Positions 1 through 10,507 of a DNA stretch of 64,000 nt are shown here, in pieces. The notes beneath the pieces are model-generated. The model saw only the letters and a program-made list of their open reading frames with translations. It had not been told where the DNA came from and did no database searches. Made by a program: the position numbers and the translations under genes. This stretch comes from an uncultured Chloroflexia bacterium (GTDB lineage Bacteria; Chloroflexota; Chloroflexia; Thermomicrobiales; UBA6265). The stretch is taken from contig CAVUJM010000043.1 in assembly GCA_963741795.1 (NCBI GenBank), forward strand, positions 24,538 to 88,537, written 5' to 3'. Numbering within the stretch: position 1 is the first letter of the stretch; every line of letters starts with the position of its first letter.

Positions 1-1
1 G

Positions 2-2528
2 GCGCGAACGGAGCTGGAGCGTCAGGCCACCGAGCTGGCGCAGGCGATCGCCCGCAACGAGCGGAAGGCGAGCGACATCGAGCAGCGACGCGCCCTGCTG
101 GTGCAGCGCATGCAGGCCGTCGCGTCGGATCGCGAACGGATCGACCGCGAGCGGGAGGAGCGCGCCGGGCGCATCGCCGGCTTCGAGACCGAGCTGGCGG
201 CGTTCACGGAAGAGGACGAGCGCATCGGTGGCGAGATGGCGTCCCTCGCGAGCCGGCTGGATGAGTTGAAGGCGTCACTCGCCGAGAAGCAGGAGGCAGC
301 ACGGGAGGCCGCCGCGGACCTCGCCGAGCTGGACCGGCGTCATGGACAGGCGACCAACCGCCTCGATGTGCTGCAGCGCCTTCACGAGAGCGGCACGAAC
401 CTGCACGCCGGCGTGCGGCAGGTGATGCAGTGGAGCCGCGACGGGAAGCTGGATGGCATCCGGGGCACGCTCGCCGAGCTGATCGCGGTCGACAAGGAAT
501 ACGACACCGCCCTGGAGGTTGCCCTCGGCGGCCACCTGCAGGATGTGGTCGTCGAGCGCTGGGCCGACGCCGAGGCGGCAATCCGGATGCTCAAGAACGC
601 CAAGGCTGGCCGCGCGACGTTCCAGCCGATCGAGACGGTACGCCAGCGTGGCGGCAACCGGCCGATGCCGCGCGAGCTGGACGGCGCGCCGGGCGTGCAT
701 GGCGTCGCGTCCGACCTCGTGCGCAGCGAGCCGGGCGTCGAGGATGTTGTGCGCGGGCTGCTGGGCCGGATCGTCGTCGTGGACGATCTCCAGACGTCGC
801 GCCGTTTGATGTCCACCCTTCCCGGCGGTTGGAGCACGGTGACGCTCGCCGGCGAGATCGCCCGCTCCGGCGGCTCGGTCACCGGTGGCTCGGCCGTGCG
901 CGAGAGCGGCGTGCTGGGGCGGGAGCGCGAGCTGCGGGAGCTACCGGACGAGATCCGGCGCCTGTCCCGCGAGCGGGAGGAAGCCCGGCAGGCGCAGTCG
1001 ACCGTCGCCGAGGCGATCCAGGCGCTGCTCGACGAGCGAAACCGCACTGACTCCTCCCGGGCCGGCCTGGCGGCACAGCTAAGGGAACGTTCCGGCCAAC
1101 GTCAGCGGCTGGAGACGTGGCTACGCGACCTCCGCAAGGAACAGGAGGCCGCCGATCAGCGCACCGCCAGCGCCGACGACTCCCGCGCGGAGCAAGAGCG
1201 CACGGTTGCGTCGCTTGAGGCAGACCAGGAAACCGCGCAAGGGCGATATCCGCGAGCTGCAGGAGCGCCTCGCGGAGGTCCAGGCGAAGCTTGGCCGCGA
1301 GCGGGAATCCGCCGACGCGGACGACGGCGCGCTGTCCGCGGCGAACCGCGACCTCGCGATGCTTGAGGAGCGCCTGCGCTCGGAGGACCAGCATCGCTCT
1401 CGCCTGCTCTCCCAACGGCGTGGTCTTGCGGAGGAGATCGACCTGCGCTCGACGCGGGCTGCCGAGCTGGACGGCGAGCGCCAGGCACTGGCGGGCCAGC
1501 TGGACCGCGTGACGCGCGAGGTCGAGCGGCTCTCGGCCGCGCTCGAGGCCGCCTCAACGGAGCGATCCCCGCTGCTGCAGTCGGTCACTGATCTTGAGCG
1601 CTCGGCGCGCGAACTCGCCACACAGATCGACGCGGCTCGCCAGGAGATGCTCGAGCGCCAGCGCGGTCTCGGCGAGCGAGGCCTGAACGTCGAGCGGGCC
1701 CGGTCGGACGCCGCCGGGATTCGGCAGCGCATTGCGGACGATCTCGATTATGAGGAAGCGGATAATCTGATACCGGACACCGACGGAGAAACGTTCGACG
1801 AGCTGGACGATGACCATGCCGTGGTCGAGAAGGAGATCGGCCGCCTGCGCGATCGCCTCCGCCGCGTCGGGTACGTCAGCGAGGATGTCGTCAGCGAATA
1901 CGAGCGCGAGGCCGAGCGCTACACGTTCATGACGACGCAACTGGCCGACGTCGAGGCGGCCGCCGCGTCGCTCCGCGAGATGATCGCCGACCTCCACCGC
2001 ACCATGCAGGAGCGCTTCGAGGCGACCTTCGCCCAGGTTGCCGAGGCGTTCACCGAGGCCTTCACCGCCCTCTTTGGCGGCGGCACGGCCCGACTGGTGC
2101 TGACCTCCGACGACGAGGGCGCGCCCGGCGGCATCGATATCGTGGCCCAGCCGCCCGGCAAGCGCCTGCAGGGGCTTTCCCTGCTCTCCGGTGGCGAGCG
2201 CTCTCTCACCGCGGTCGCGCTGCTCTTCGCGATCCTGCGCGTGAACCCCTCGCCGTTCGTGCTGCTCGACGAGGTCGACGCCGCGCTGGACGAGGCGAAC
2301 GTCGTCCGCTTCCGCGATGAGCTGCGGACGCTCGCCGACGAGACGCAGGCGATCGTGATTACCCACAACCGCGGCACGGTCGAGATCGCCGACACGCTCT
2401 ACGGTGTGACGATGGGCGGCGACGGCGTCTCGCAGGTGCTCTCGCTGCGCCTGGCCGACATCCCGCTCGACGAGGATGTCGATGTGCGCGATCTTCCCGC
2501 TGTTTCGGCAGGCCTCCCGGTCCGCTGA
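2..2528 (+). pseudogene. smc: Chromosome segregation ATPase SMC (hinge, coiled coil, C-terminal head). The 5' end lies outside the window and the frame is broken near 1241.
   Basis: ORF 101..1366 has coiled coil plus hinge (GIRGTLAELIAVDKEYDTALEVALGG). ORF 1206..2528 has the ABC signature LSGGERSLTAVALLFAI and Walker B FVLLDEVDAALD. Frame 2 is open back to nt 2. The frames swap at GGG 1241-1243. Confidence 0.9.
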
Positions 2529-2635
2529 TACGCTGATCCGCGCCGACGCAGGATCAGAGAAGCCTGTTCATGCCCTCCTCGCTATGGTGAACACGGGTCA
2601 ATCGTGACCGTCGCACCTATTTCAGGAGGATCCGT

Positions 2636-3256
2636 ATGGCACAGACCAGCACAAGAGACACGACCCGACCGACGATCGTTTCCATGGACGAATGGAGCGC
2701 GGCACTCGATGGCTTCCGCGCGAGGGAACAGGAGCTTCAGGAGGCGATCGCCGCGGTGAACGCCGAGCGACGCCAGCTCCCGATGGTCGAGGTGACCGAG
2801 GACTACATCTTCGAGGGACCCGATGGCCCCGCCCGGCTCGTGGACCTGTTCAACGGCCAGCCCCAGCTCGTGATCTACCACTTCATGTTCGCCCCGGATT
2901 GGGACGAGGGCTGCCCCGGCTGCACCGGTTACACGAACGGCATCGGGGAGACGTCGCAGATCCGCGAGCAGGAAACGGAGTTCGTGCTGGTGTCGCGAGC
3001 GCCGGTGGAAAAGCTCCAGGCCTGGAAAGCCCGGCACGGCTGGACGATGCCGTGGTTCTCGGGCGAGACGAAGTTCAGCGAGGACATGGGCGCGCTCCCC
3101 GGTGGCAGCGATATGCCGACGATCAACGTCTTCGTCAAGGATGCCGCCGGCAAGGTCTATCGCACCTACGAAACCGGCGGAGCCGCGCTTGAGACGACGA
3201 TGGGCCAGAAGGCCCTGCTCGACCTTACTCCGCGAGGAGCCGACCCGCTCGGTTAA
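2636..3256 (+). CDS. DUF899 thioredoxin-like family protein
   Basis: 206 aa. It has the pattern typical of DUF899 (LVIYHFMFAPDWDEGCPGCT, FVLVSRAP..KLQAWKARHGW). Confidence 0.75.
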   Translation: MAQTSTRDTTRPTIVSMDEWSAALDGFRAREQELQEAIAAVNAERRQLPMVEVTEDYIFEGPDGPARLVDLFNGQPQLVIYHFMFAPDWDEGCPGCTGYTNGIGETSQIREQETEFVLVSRAPVEKLQAWKARHGWTMPWFSGETKFSEDMGALPGGSDMPTINVFVKDAAGKVYRTYETGGAALETTMGQKALLDLTPRGADPLG

Positions 3257-3344
3257 GGGAACGTCGGTTCGCGCGCGCTGACCGTAGATGGATGAGGACC
3301 GGGTGGTATACATCCCATCCGGTCTTCTTGTGGGAGACTCCCGG

Positions 3345-4022
3345 CTACCGCGGAGGTCTCGCCACCATCAGGTGGAAGATGCCGAGCATGCGCGACTGGT
3401 CCTGCTCGACCCGAAAACCGAGCTTTCGGACTATCCGATGCGTCTTGCGGTCGATGTGGCAGCCCATCGCGCGGACCTGCAGCGGCGCGGCCACCTTCAT
3501 CAGCGGCTTCACCAGCGGGTTCGGCGAGAGGACGTGCTCCAGCAGCACGATCTTCCCCTCCGGCTTGACCACCCGCGCCATCTCCCGCAGCGCCGCCTCC
3601 TGGTCCGGGACCGTGCAGAGCACCAGGCTGCACGTCACCGTGTCGAACGTCGCGTCGCCGAACATCGCCAGCGACTCCGCGTTCGCCTGGTGAAGCGAGA
3701 CGGGGAACGGCATCGCGCTGGACTGGCGGGACGCTTGCCCGAGCATCGCCGTCGAGATGTCGACGCCGGTAAACGAGGTCACCCGCGCGGGCTGGACCTT
3801 CTGGAGCCGGCGCAACGTCTCGCCCGTTCCCGTCCCGATCTCCAGGACGTCGCCCTCGAGCTCCGCCGCGACCCGATCCCGGAAGGCGTCCCCGACCACC
3901 CGGTTCTCTGCCCGGGCTTCGCGTTCGTCCCAGTGCTCTGCCCGCGCATCGTAGATGCGGGCGATGCGCTGGATGTCATCAGCGGTGTGGTTGGTCCGGG
4001 ATGAACGCTGTCGGTTGGGCAT
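3345..4022 (-). CDS. Class I SAM-dependent methyltransferase
   Basis: Motif I VLEIGTGTGE and post-I/II motifs (FDTVTCSLVLCTVPD, VKPEGKIVLLEH). Confidence 0.85.
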   Translation of the reverse strand: MPNRQRSSRTNHTADDIQRIARIYDARAEHWDEREARAENRVVGDAFRDRVAAELEGDVLEIGTGTGETLRRLQKVQPARVTSFTGVDISTAMLGQASRQSSAMPFPVSLHQANAESLAMFGDATFDTVTCSLVLCTVPDQEAALREMARVVKPEGKIVLLEHVLSPNPLVKPLMKVAAPLQVRAMGCHIDRKTHRIVRKLGFRVEQDQSRMLGIFHLMVARPPR

Positions 4023-4034
4023 GGATACGTCCTC

Positions 4035-5003
4035 GTGATCGCGGGAAATGCGTATGATGGAGTGTACCGCCGGACGAGGCGGTCATGTACCGACCATGTG
4101 AAAGCATTGCCCGTGCCCCGATCGCCCCGCTCTTCCCGCGCCGATGCCGCCGAGCTCCTCCGGGAACTCCGTGCAATCTCGGATGATCCGGAAGCTCAGC
4201 TTCAGGTGGCACTGCAGGCTATGGAATCCTCACCCCATCTCGACGTGCTCCGCACCGCGATCGGCATCGTCGGCGAGCGGCGTGATTCGGCGCACCGCGA
4301 AGCGCTGATCCGCAAGTACGAGTGGTGCGAGACGAAGCCCGGCCAGCACGACTCCGGCGGGTATGTTCGCGAGGCCATCATCAAGGCCCTGCAACCCATC
4401 GTGCAGCCGCGCGATCTCGCCTTGCTCCAGCGGGCGCTCACGACCTACCAGCTCGACGGCGCCTATGAGCTCTGCGCGGGGCTCCGGGCGGCGGCGCTCA
4501 TCGCGGCGAACGAGATCGACCCCGGTTTCGCGGCGCTCTTCGCCGCCCGTTTCCTCACCGACCCGCAGAACTCGTTCTCCGGCGAACCGGCAACGACCGC
4601 GATCCGCGTCCTCATCGCGCAGCAGAACCTCGCGCCGGTGTTCGGCCTGGTCTCGTGGGGACAAGCGAACGGGGAGACGATCGGGGAAGGACTGCGGAAC
4701 CTGATCGACCTGCCGCCATCACTGCTGCCGCTCCTGATCGAGCGATACCGGGAGAGTGAGGATGAGCAGGTGATCCTCGGACTCTTCGACCTGCTGCTCG
4801 GCCACCCGACGCGAGATGACTGGGTCGACGAGATCATCACCTTCTTCCGGACGACCACGCTGATGGACCTCTACGGCATCATCGCGATCCAGGTCGTCGC
4901 CAGCCGGTCAGGGGCGTTGATCGAGGCGTTGCGAGACCTGCGCGCCACCGAGTTCGACCGCCTGCGCCAGCAGATGCTCGACCAGGCACTGGAGCTGGCG
5001 TGA
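4035..5003 (+). CDS. Hypothetical alpha-helical repeat protein
   Basis: 322-aa ORF with Leu/Ala-rich helical-repeat character and no motif I recognise. The start is uncertain; an in-frame GTG near 4096 is possible. Confidence 0.4.
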   Translation: MIAGNAYDGVYRRTRRSCTDHVKALPVPRSPRSSRADAAELLRELRAISDDPEAQLQVALQAMESSPHLDVLRTAIGIVGERRDSAHREALIRKYEWCETKPGQHDSGGYVREAIIKALQPIVQPRDLALLQRALTTYQLDGAYELCAGLRAAALIAANEIDPGFAALFAARFLTDPQNSFSGEPATTAIRVLIAQQNLAPVFGLVSWGQANGETIGEGLRNLIDLPPSLLPLLIERYRESEDEQVILGLFDLLLGHPTRDDWVDEIITFFRTTTLMDLYGIIAIQVVASRSGALIEALRDLRATEFDRLRQQMLDQALELA

Positions 5004-5200
5004 ACCCCGTGTAACGAAAGGCTCGCTTCGGCCAGGGACTTTCAACCGATCGATCACCGCATCGACTGCCGCGTCGCTGGTCGAAATGCCCTCCCTTGAC
5101 GCGGTCGCCGACGTCGATCGCTCCGAAAGCGGACCGGGAAGGAGGACATTGCGGCGCATTCGTGCAGGCCGCATTGTGTGATACCGCCGCAAGTCCTCCG

Positions 5201-5632
5201 CTACACCTGCAGGCCGTCCTCCCACGGGTTCACGATTGGCACGCCGGTCGGCTCAAAATCCTTCACGTTCCGAGTGACAACATGCATGCCATGCTGGATC
5301 GCCGTCGCCGCGATGAGCCCATCGACGAAAGCCAACTGTGTTCCTTGCCGACGAAGGCCACCCGAAATCTCTCCCCATAAACGGGCCGTATCGGCATCGA
5401 CAGGAACAATTCGCGATTCGAACTCTCGCTCCATGTCATCGATCCATTCGAGGAGCGCCGCGCGACGTCGTCCCGCCGGCAGCATATGAGCTCCGCGAAC
5501 CAACTCGCCGAACGACAACACGCTGATCCATTGATCCTGTTTGGTCCGCTCCACAAATGCTGATACTTCGGGTGCGGTTTGCGGCCGATTCAGCTCCGAA
5601 AGCACGCACGTATCGAGCAGGTACCTCACCAT
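5201..5632 (-). CDS. vapC: Type II toxin, PIN-domain ribonuclease VapC
   Basis: N-terminal YLLDTCVLSE (PIN acidic residue) and C-terminal VTRNVKDFEPTGVPIVNPW. It overlaps the upstream antitoxin gene by 7 nt. Confidence 0.85.
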   Translation of the reverse strand: MVRYLLDTCVLSELNRPQTAPEVSAFVERTKQDQWISVLSFGELVRGAHMLPAGRRRAALLEWIDDMEREFESRIVPVDADTARLWGEISGGLRRQGTQLAFVDGLIAATAIQHGMHVVTRNVKDFEPTGVPIVNPWEDGLQV

Positions 5633-5862
5633 TCAATGTCCCGAGGCAGGTCCCTATCCCTTGGGAACTCCACATCGCCCTTCGGGATGCTCAGTAGATG
5701 CTCTCCGAAAGACTTCTTCTTACCCTCGATCTGCTCGAGCTCTTCCTGCGAGATCACGACCACGGCACCCTCATCCGTCTGGATCCGCTGACGCTTCTCG
5801 TGCAGCGCCTTCTCCACGATCTCCGAGAGCTTCTGATCGTCCTTTGTGATCGTCCAGTCCAT
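5626..5862 (-). CDS. Type II antitoxin (Phd/YefM-like VapB partner)
   Basis: 78 aa and acidic. It sits directly upstream of vapC and is translationally overlapped with it. There is a strong AGGAGG 6 nt before the ATG. Confidence 0.7.
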   Translation of the reverse strand: MDWTITKDDQKLSEIVEKALHEKRQRIQTDEGAVVVISQEELEQIEGKKKSFGEHLLSIPKGDVEFPRDRDLPRDIEW

Positions 5863-7315
5863 GACAGCACCTCCTGATGTTCTGTTGGGTTGCGACTGTC
5901 TGGATCAATCGTAGCAGGAGCCGAACGGCCCGGATCCCTACTCGTCCGTCAGGTGCCGCGAGCATGAGGTCGTAGACGTCGGTCGCGTCGATCTCATCGG
6001 AACCAAGCAGGTCGTGGGCATTGGTGATCACCATCGGGCGATCGTCGATGTGCTCATTGCGCAGGCCGTGCGAGCCCCTCACGACGGAAGCGTCCAGCGG
6101 CACGATCTCCAGCAGCGACCGGAAGCCGAGTTTCTTTTTCGCCAGCGAGAGACCGGCCTTGGCCTTCACGAACTTGTCCGCCGGGTCAAAGAAGAGCTCC
6201 GCCGGGTCGTAGCCCGGCTTCTGGTGGATATCCACCGTGCGCGCGTAGTCCGGCGCCTTGGCGTCATCGGTCCACCAGTAGTAGGTGAACCACGCGTCCG
6301 GATCCGACAGCGCGACGAGCTCGCCGGCCCGCTCGTGGTCCAGCCCCATCTCGCGCTTGCCCGCCTCGTCCAGCACGCGGCCGACACCGTCAACGCCCTC
6401 GACCACGTGCTTGACCTCGTCGATCTTCGCCAAATCGTTGACGTAGATATGCGCGATCTGGTGATCCGCGACGGCGAACGCCGTGCACGTCGCGACGTCG
6501 ATCATCTCGCGGCCCCATTCCTCGCGCCACGAGAGCCACCCCTTCTCGCGGAAGACGCGGTTCAGGTGCACCGGTTTCGAGACCGGCATGATGCCGTACT
6601 CGGAGAGCAGGATCACCCGGGCGCCACGCGACTCATAGAAGTCGATCAGGTCCCCCGTCACCTCGTCGATCTCCTGCAGGTCCTTGGTGATGTAGGTCCG
6701 GTCCGGTCCGTACTTCTGCAGGCAATAGTCGAGATGCGGGAGGTAGATCAGCGTCAGCGTCGGATTGAACTCGCGTTCATAGATCTTCGAGGCGTCGGCG
6801 ATCCACTTCGACGACACGATCGTCGCGTTCGCCCCCCAGAAGTTGAAGAGCGGGAACTGCCCCAGCTCTTCGGTCAGCCGGTCGCGCATCCACATCGGCT
6901 TCGTGTAGCAATCGGGGATCTTGCGGCCGTCGGAGGGATACATCGGGCGCGGAGTGACGAGATAGTCGGCGGTGGTGTTCATATTGAACCACCAGCTCAT
7001 GTTCGCCACGGTGAATGACGGATCCTGCTTCTTCGCGGCGTCCCAGATCTTCTCGCCCTCGACGAGCTTGTTCGACTGCCGCCAGAACTTCACCTCGTCG
7101 CGATCACGGAAGTACCACCCGTTGCCGACCACGCCATGCTCGCGCGGACGCTTGCCGGTCAGGTAGGTCGCGTGGCCGGTGGCCGTCACGGCGGGGATGA
7201 CCGGGTCGATCGACGCAGCCTTCCCGCGCTCGACAAAGTCCTTGATGCGCGGCGTCGATTCGCCGATGAGCGACGGGACGAGGCCGACCACGTTGATGAC
7301 AACGGTCTTGTGCAT
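5771..7315 (-). CDS. eboF: Alkaline-phosphatase-superfamily nucleotide pyrophosphatase/phosphodiesterase (EboF-type). The 3' end is uncertain.
   Basis: N-terminal VVINVVGL...AVTATGHATYLTG is the metal/nucleophile region of type I phosphodiesterases. It is the last gene of the ebo-like cluster. The last ~55 codons look non-native and overlap the antitoxin gene. Confidence 0.75.
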   Translation of the reverse strand: MHKTVVINVVGLVPSLIGESTPRIKDFVERGKAASIDPVIPAVTATGHATYLTGKRPREHGVVGNGWYFRDRDEVKFWRQSNKLVEGEKIWDAAKKQDPSFTVANMSWWFNMNTTADYLVTPRPMYPSDGRKIPDCYTKPMWMRDRLTEELGQFPLFNFWGANATIVSSKWIADASKIYEREFNPTLTLIYLPHLDYCLQKYGPDRTYITKDLQEIDEVTGDLIDFYESRGARVILLSEYGIMPVSKPVHLNRVFREKGWLSWREEWGREMIDVATCTAFAVADHQIAHIYVNDLAKIDEVKHVVEGVDGVGRVLDEAGKREMGLDHERAGELVALSDPDAWFTYYWWTDDAKAPDYARTVDIHQKPGYDPAELFFDPADKFVKAKAGLSLAKKKLGFRSLLEIVPLDASVVRGSHGLRNEHIDDRPMVITNAHDLLGSDEIDATDVYDLMLAAPDGRVGIRAVRLLLRLIQTVATQQNIRRCCHGLDDHKGRSEALGDRGEGAAREASADPDG

Positions 7316-7319
7316 AGGT

Positions 7320-8192
7320 TCAGGTTCCCTTGATATAGCGCTGGAGGAACATCGTCAGGGCGAGGCAGGTCATCGCGGTCAACGCGCCCCACCACGCCTG
7401 GTGGGTGGCAAGCACCAGCGCATCGAGCATCGAGATCCCGGCAATCAGGCGGGCGATCGCCCCACCGACCTGCCGATTGGAACTGCGGTAGGCAAACGCG
7501 ACGCTATGCAGCACCCACACCACATGGGCCACCGCGAGCGACCAGACCAGCACATCAACCGGCTCCATGATCACGGCAACCACGGCCGGGGCGATCACGG
7601 TCGCCAGAGGCCAGTAGCGCCCAACGCCCGGCAGCGACTCCGTCTTGGCGATATAGGTCAGGCCGGAGACGTACGCAAGCATCACCAGCGACCAGATCCA
7701 GAGCTCGCCCGTCGCCTCGCTCGCGAACGCATAAAAGGCGACGACGTAGACCATCACGCGGGCGAGCGCCATGATCACCGGGCCGATCGGGTTGCCCTTG
7801 TGCCAGGCATCGTAGATCGCGATCACCGCGACAAGCACGACACCCGCGTAGAACGACTCACGGTCGACCGTCCAGAGCAGCACCAGCCCGGAGATGAAGA
7901 GCACGAGCGTGACCGACCACGCCTCCACGAGCGTGATGCGCCCTGAAGGCAGAGGCCGGTCGGGGCGCTGCTCCCGATCGATTCTCAGGTCGAGGATGTC
8001 GTTCAGGTACATCCCTGCCGTGTAGAAGAGCGCGACGGCGATGATGATCAGCGCGATCTCCACGCTGAACACCAGCGGCGCGGCGATCACCGCCCCGGCG
8101 AGGACGTTGCTGATCGTGGTCGGCGTGTTGGAGATGCGCGCGAGCCCGAGGTGCGCCCGCAGCGCCGCGCCGGAGGGCCTCGGCTCAGACAT
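7320..8192 (-). CDS. eboC: UbiA-family prenyltransferase (EboC-type)
   Basis: Polytopic membrane protein with the Asp-rich motif NDILDLRIDREQRPDRPLPSG. Confidence 0.85.
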   Translation of the reverse strand: MSEPRPSGAALRAHLGLARISNTPTTISNVLAGAVIAAPLVFSVEIALIIIAVALFYTAGMYLNDILDLRIDREQRPDRPLPSGRITLVEAWSVTLVLFISGLVLLWTVDRESFYAGVVLVAVIAIYDAWHKGNPIGPVIMALARVMVYVVAFYAFASEATGELWIWSLVMLAYVSGLTYIAKTESLPGVGRYWPLATVIAPAVVAVIMEPVDVLVWSLAVAHVVWVLHSVAFAYRSSNRQVGGAIARLIAGISMLDALVLATHQAWWGALTAMTCLALTMFLQRYIKGT

Positions 8193-9396
8193 GATCCAGC
8201 ACCCACTGGAGCTCGCGGCTGATCATCGTCTCCAGCGGCGCCTTGAGGTCCGCCGGAAGCACATCCCAGGTGTATGTCTCGATCTCGAGGTGGTTCGTGA
8301 CCTCGCGCTCTCGCATCAGTCGGAACGTCTCGAGGATCGTGTCCTGCGTCGACTCGAACGCCTCGTACCGCTCAACGAAGACCGGCACATGGAAGTGCAG
8401 CCGCCATTCCTCCGCGTCCGCGTCGCCGATATGCGGCAGGGCGTCGGGCAAATCCGGGTAGTTCGTGAACGAGCCATCGGCGTTGCGCTGGACGACCTGA
8501 TGCAGGTAGACCGGCTCGTTGAACGCGGCGAGCTCCTTCGAGACCCGCTTGCGCCCCACCTCATCATCCGGCAGCGTCACCTTCAGCGCAGAGCTGATCT
8601 GGACCTTGCCGACCTTGATCCCAAGCGCGTCGAAGCGGTCCAGTAGCTCCCGAGGATCCTCGTAGCTGACGGCGACGTGGCAGGTGTCGAAGCAGACGCG
8701 AACATGATCGAGGATCTGCTCTCTCGCCAGCCCCGGGTCGTTCCCGGCCCGGTCGGCAAGCAAGGCCACACCCTGCTTCAGCAGCCAGTCCTCGTAGAAG
8801 CGGATCAGCTCGGTGCCATTGCTGAGCACGCCGTCCGGCTCCGGCTCGATATCGAGGTGAATGAGCTTGCCGGTTTCCTCGCGCAGGCGCACGAGGTGCT
8901 GCACGATGCGGACGATGTTCAGCGTGAACACGGTCCAGTTCGCCGGCATCCCGGTATCGACCCACGGCTTGTAGCCGAGCGGGCTCGTCGAGATGCTGCC
9001 CTCATCGATGTCGTCCGGCAGGAGCTTCGAGAGGATCGTGCTGAGCCGGAAGGTGTAACCGAGGCGCTCCTCGTCGTGCCAGTCCGGCAGGTGGACCTTG
9101 CCTTTCACCGCCTCGCCGTGGAACGGGCCATACGGGAAGCCGTTCATAGTGAAGACGTAGAGGCCGTGCTCGTCCAGCAGCGCGCGGAAGCGGTCCAGCC
9201 GGTCACCTTCGAGGATGTCCTTGCTGGCCTGACCGGCGAGCCGCAACCCGACGCCGAACGGCGCATCCGGCGAAAAGCGCGCCTTCAGCGGCGGTAGGTA
9301 CGTCTGGATGTTCGCTTCGACGTCATCCAGCGTGACCCCCGGATGCACGTTCATGCAGTAGGTGAGATGGCGAGACGGATGATCCGGTAACCGCAC
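8185..9396 (-). CDS. eboE: Xylose-isomerase-like TIM-barrel protein (EboE-type)
   Basis: The conserved N-terminal LTYCMNVHPG fits the EboE family, and so does the gene context. I chose the GTG at 9394-9396 (GAAAGG upstream). The longer ORF to 9567 would run into an intergenic repeat. Confidence 0.7.
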   Translation of the reverse strand: MRLPDHPSRHLTYCMNVHPGVTLDDVEANIQTYLPPLKARFSPDAPFGVGLRLAGQASKDILEGDRLDRFRALLDEHGLYVFTMNGFPYGPFHGEAVKGKVHLPDWHDEERLGYTFRLSTILSKLLPDDIDEGSISTSPLGYKPWVDTGMPANWTVFTLNIVRIVQHLVRLREETGKLIHLDIEPEPDGVLSNGTELIRFYEDWLLKQGVALLADRAGNDPGLAREQILDHVRVCFDTCHVAVSYEDPRELLDRFDALGIKVGKVQISSALKVTLPDDEVGRKRVSKELAAFNEPVYLHQVVQRNADGSFTNYPDLPDALPHIGDADAEEWRLHFHVPVFVERYEAFESTQDTILETFRLMREREVTNHLEIETYTWDVLPADLKAPLETMISRELQWVLDHV

Positions 9397-9451
9397 GAGG
9401 GATGGCCTTTCGTGATGGTAAAAGATCGCGTACAGCCGCGCGTGAAACACC

Positions 9452-9611
9452 GTCATTCCGAGGTAAGCGAAGCGGCGAGGAATCCCCCGGCGAAGCCGAT
9501 CGACCGCAGGTCGATACCCATGCGCGGCATCAAGCCCAGAACGGAAACGGAAGGCGCTTCGCGCCATTGGATGTGCTTCGCACGGGGATTCTTCGCTTCG
9601 CTCAGAATGAC
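9452..9611. repeat. MITE/REP-like element bounded by imperfect terminal inverted repeats
   Basis: GTCATTCCGAGGTAAGCGAAGCGGCGAGGAATCCCC (9452-9487) is the near reverse complement of GGGGATTCTTCGCTTCGCTCAGAATGAC (9584-9611). It lies in the eboB-eboE spacer. Confidence 0.6.
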
Positions 9612-9636
9612 GATGGCGTTGTCGCTTCGGGTTCGT

Positions 9637-10483
9637 TTACTGATCCAGGCTCACCGGCATCTGGCCGGCCGCGACGCCGCGCTTGAGCTGGAACTTCGGC
9701 GACTGGCTCAGGAAGCGCTTCGGGTTCTCGAACACGATCTCCCGGATCAACTCGTCCGTGTGCCCGCGCCGGCGCATCTCCATCATGAACTTCGGCACCG
9801 CGACCGGCTCGCTCGGTCCCCAGTCGCAGGCGGCCGCAACGACGATCCGCTCGGTGCCATAGCGCTCGAACATGTCGACCGCACGGCCCGGCGTCATCTT
9901 CGTCACCGGGTAGAGCGTGAACCCGGTCCAGAAACCCGGCATCGCGGATCAGCGGCAGGGTGTGCTCCTCGGCGTGGTCGATCATCACCCGGTTCGGGTC
10001 GATGCGGCCATCGGCGGCGAGCGTCTCCACGATCACCTTCGTGCCCTTGTACTTGTCCTCGAGGTGCGGCGTGTGGATATGGATCATCTGGTTGTGCTCG
10101 AGCGCCAGCTCGACGTGATCCTTGAACGACTCGAGCTCCTTGCGCGTCACGCGGTTGAGCCCGATCTCGCCGATGCCGAGCACGTTCGGGCGCTCGAGGT
10201 ACTCGGGGATGAACGCAAGCACCTGCTTGGTCAGCTCGCGGTCCTCGGCCTCCTTCGGGTTGAGGCAGAGCCAGGCGTAGTGCTGGATGCCGTACTCCGC
10301 GGCGCGGGCCGGCTCGAACGTCGTGATGTGATTGAAGTAGTCGCGGAAGACGTCGGCCGAGTAGCGGTCGTATCCGGCCCAGAACGCCGGCTCCGTGACG
10401 GCGACGCACCCGGAGAGCGCCATCTTCTCGTAGTCGTCCGTCGTCCGCGACACCATGTGCGCGTGCATGTCGATGTATTCCAT
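9637..10483 (-). pseudogene. eboB: TatD-family metal-dependent hydrolase (EboB-type), frameshifted as assembled
   Basis: ORF 9602..10483 has [14 protein letters not shown]...HIHTPH motifs but goes out of frame after LIRDAGF. ORF 9637..9942 continues [11 protein letters not shown]. The junction is at AAACCC 9932-9937. Confidence 0.75.
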
Positions 10484-10507
10484 AGGACTTGTCCCCCGTG
10501 TCTCGTC

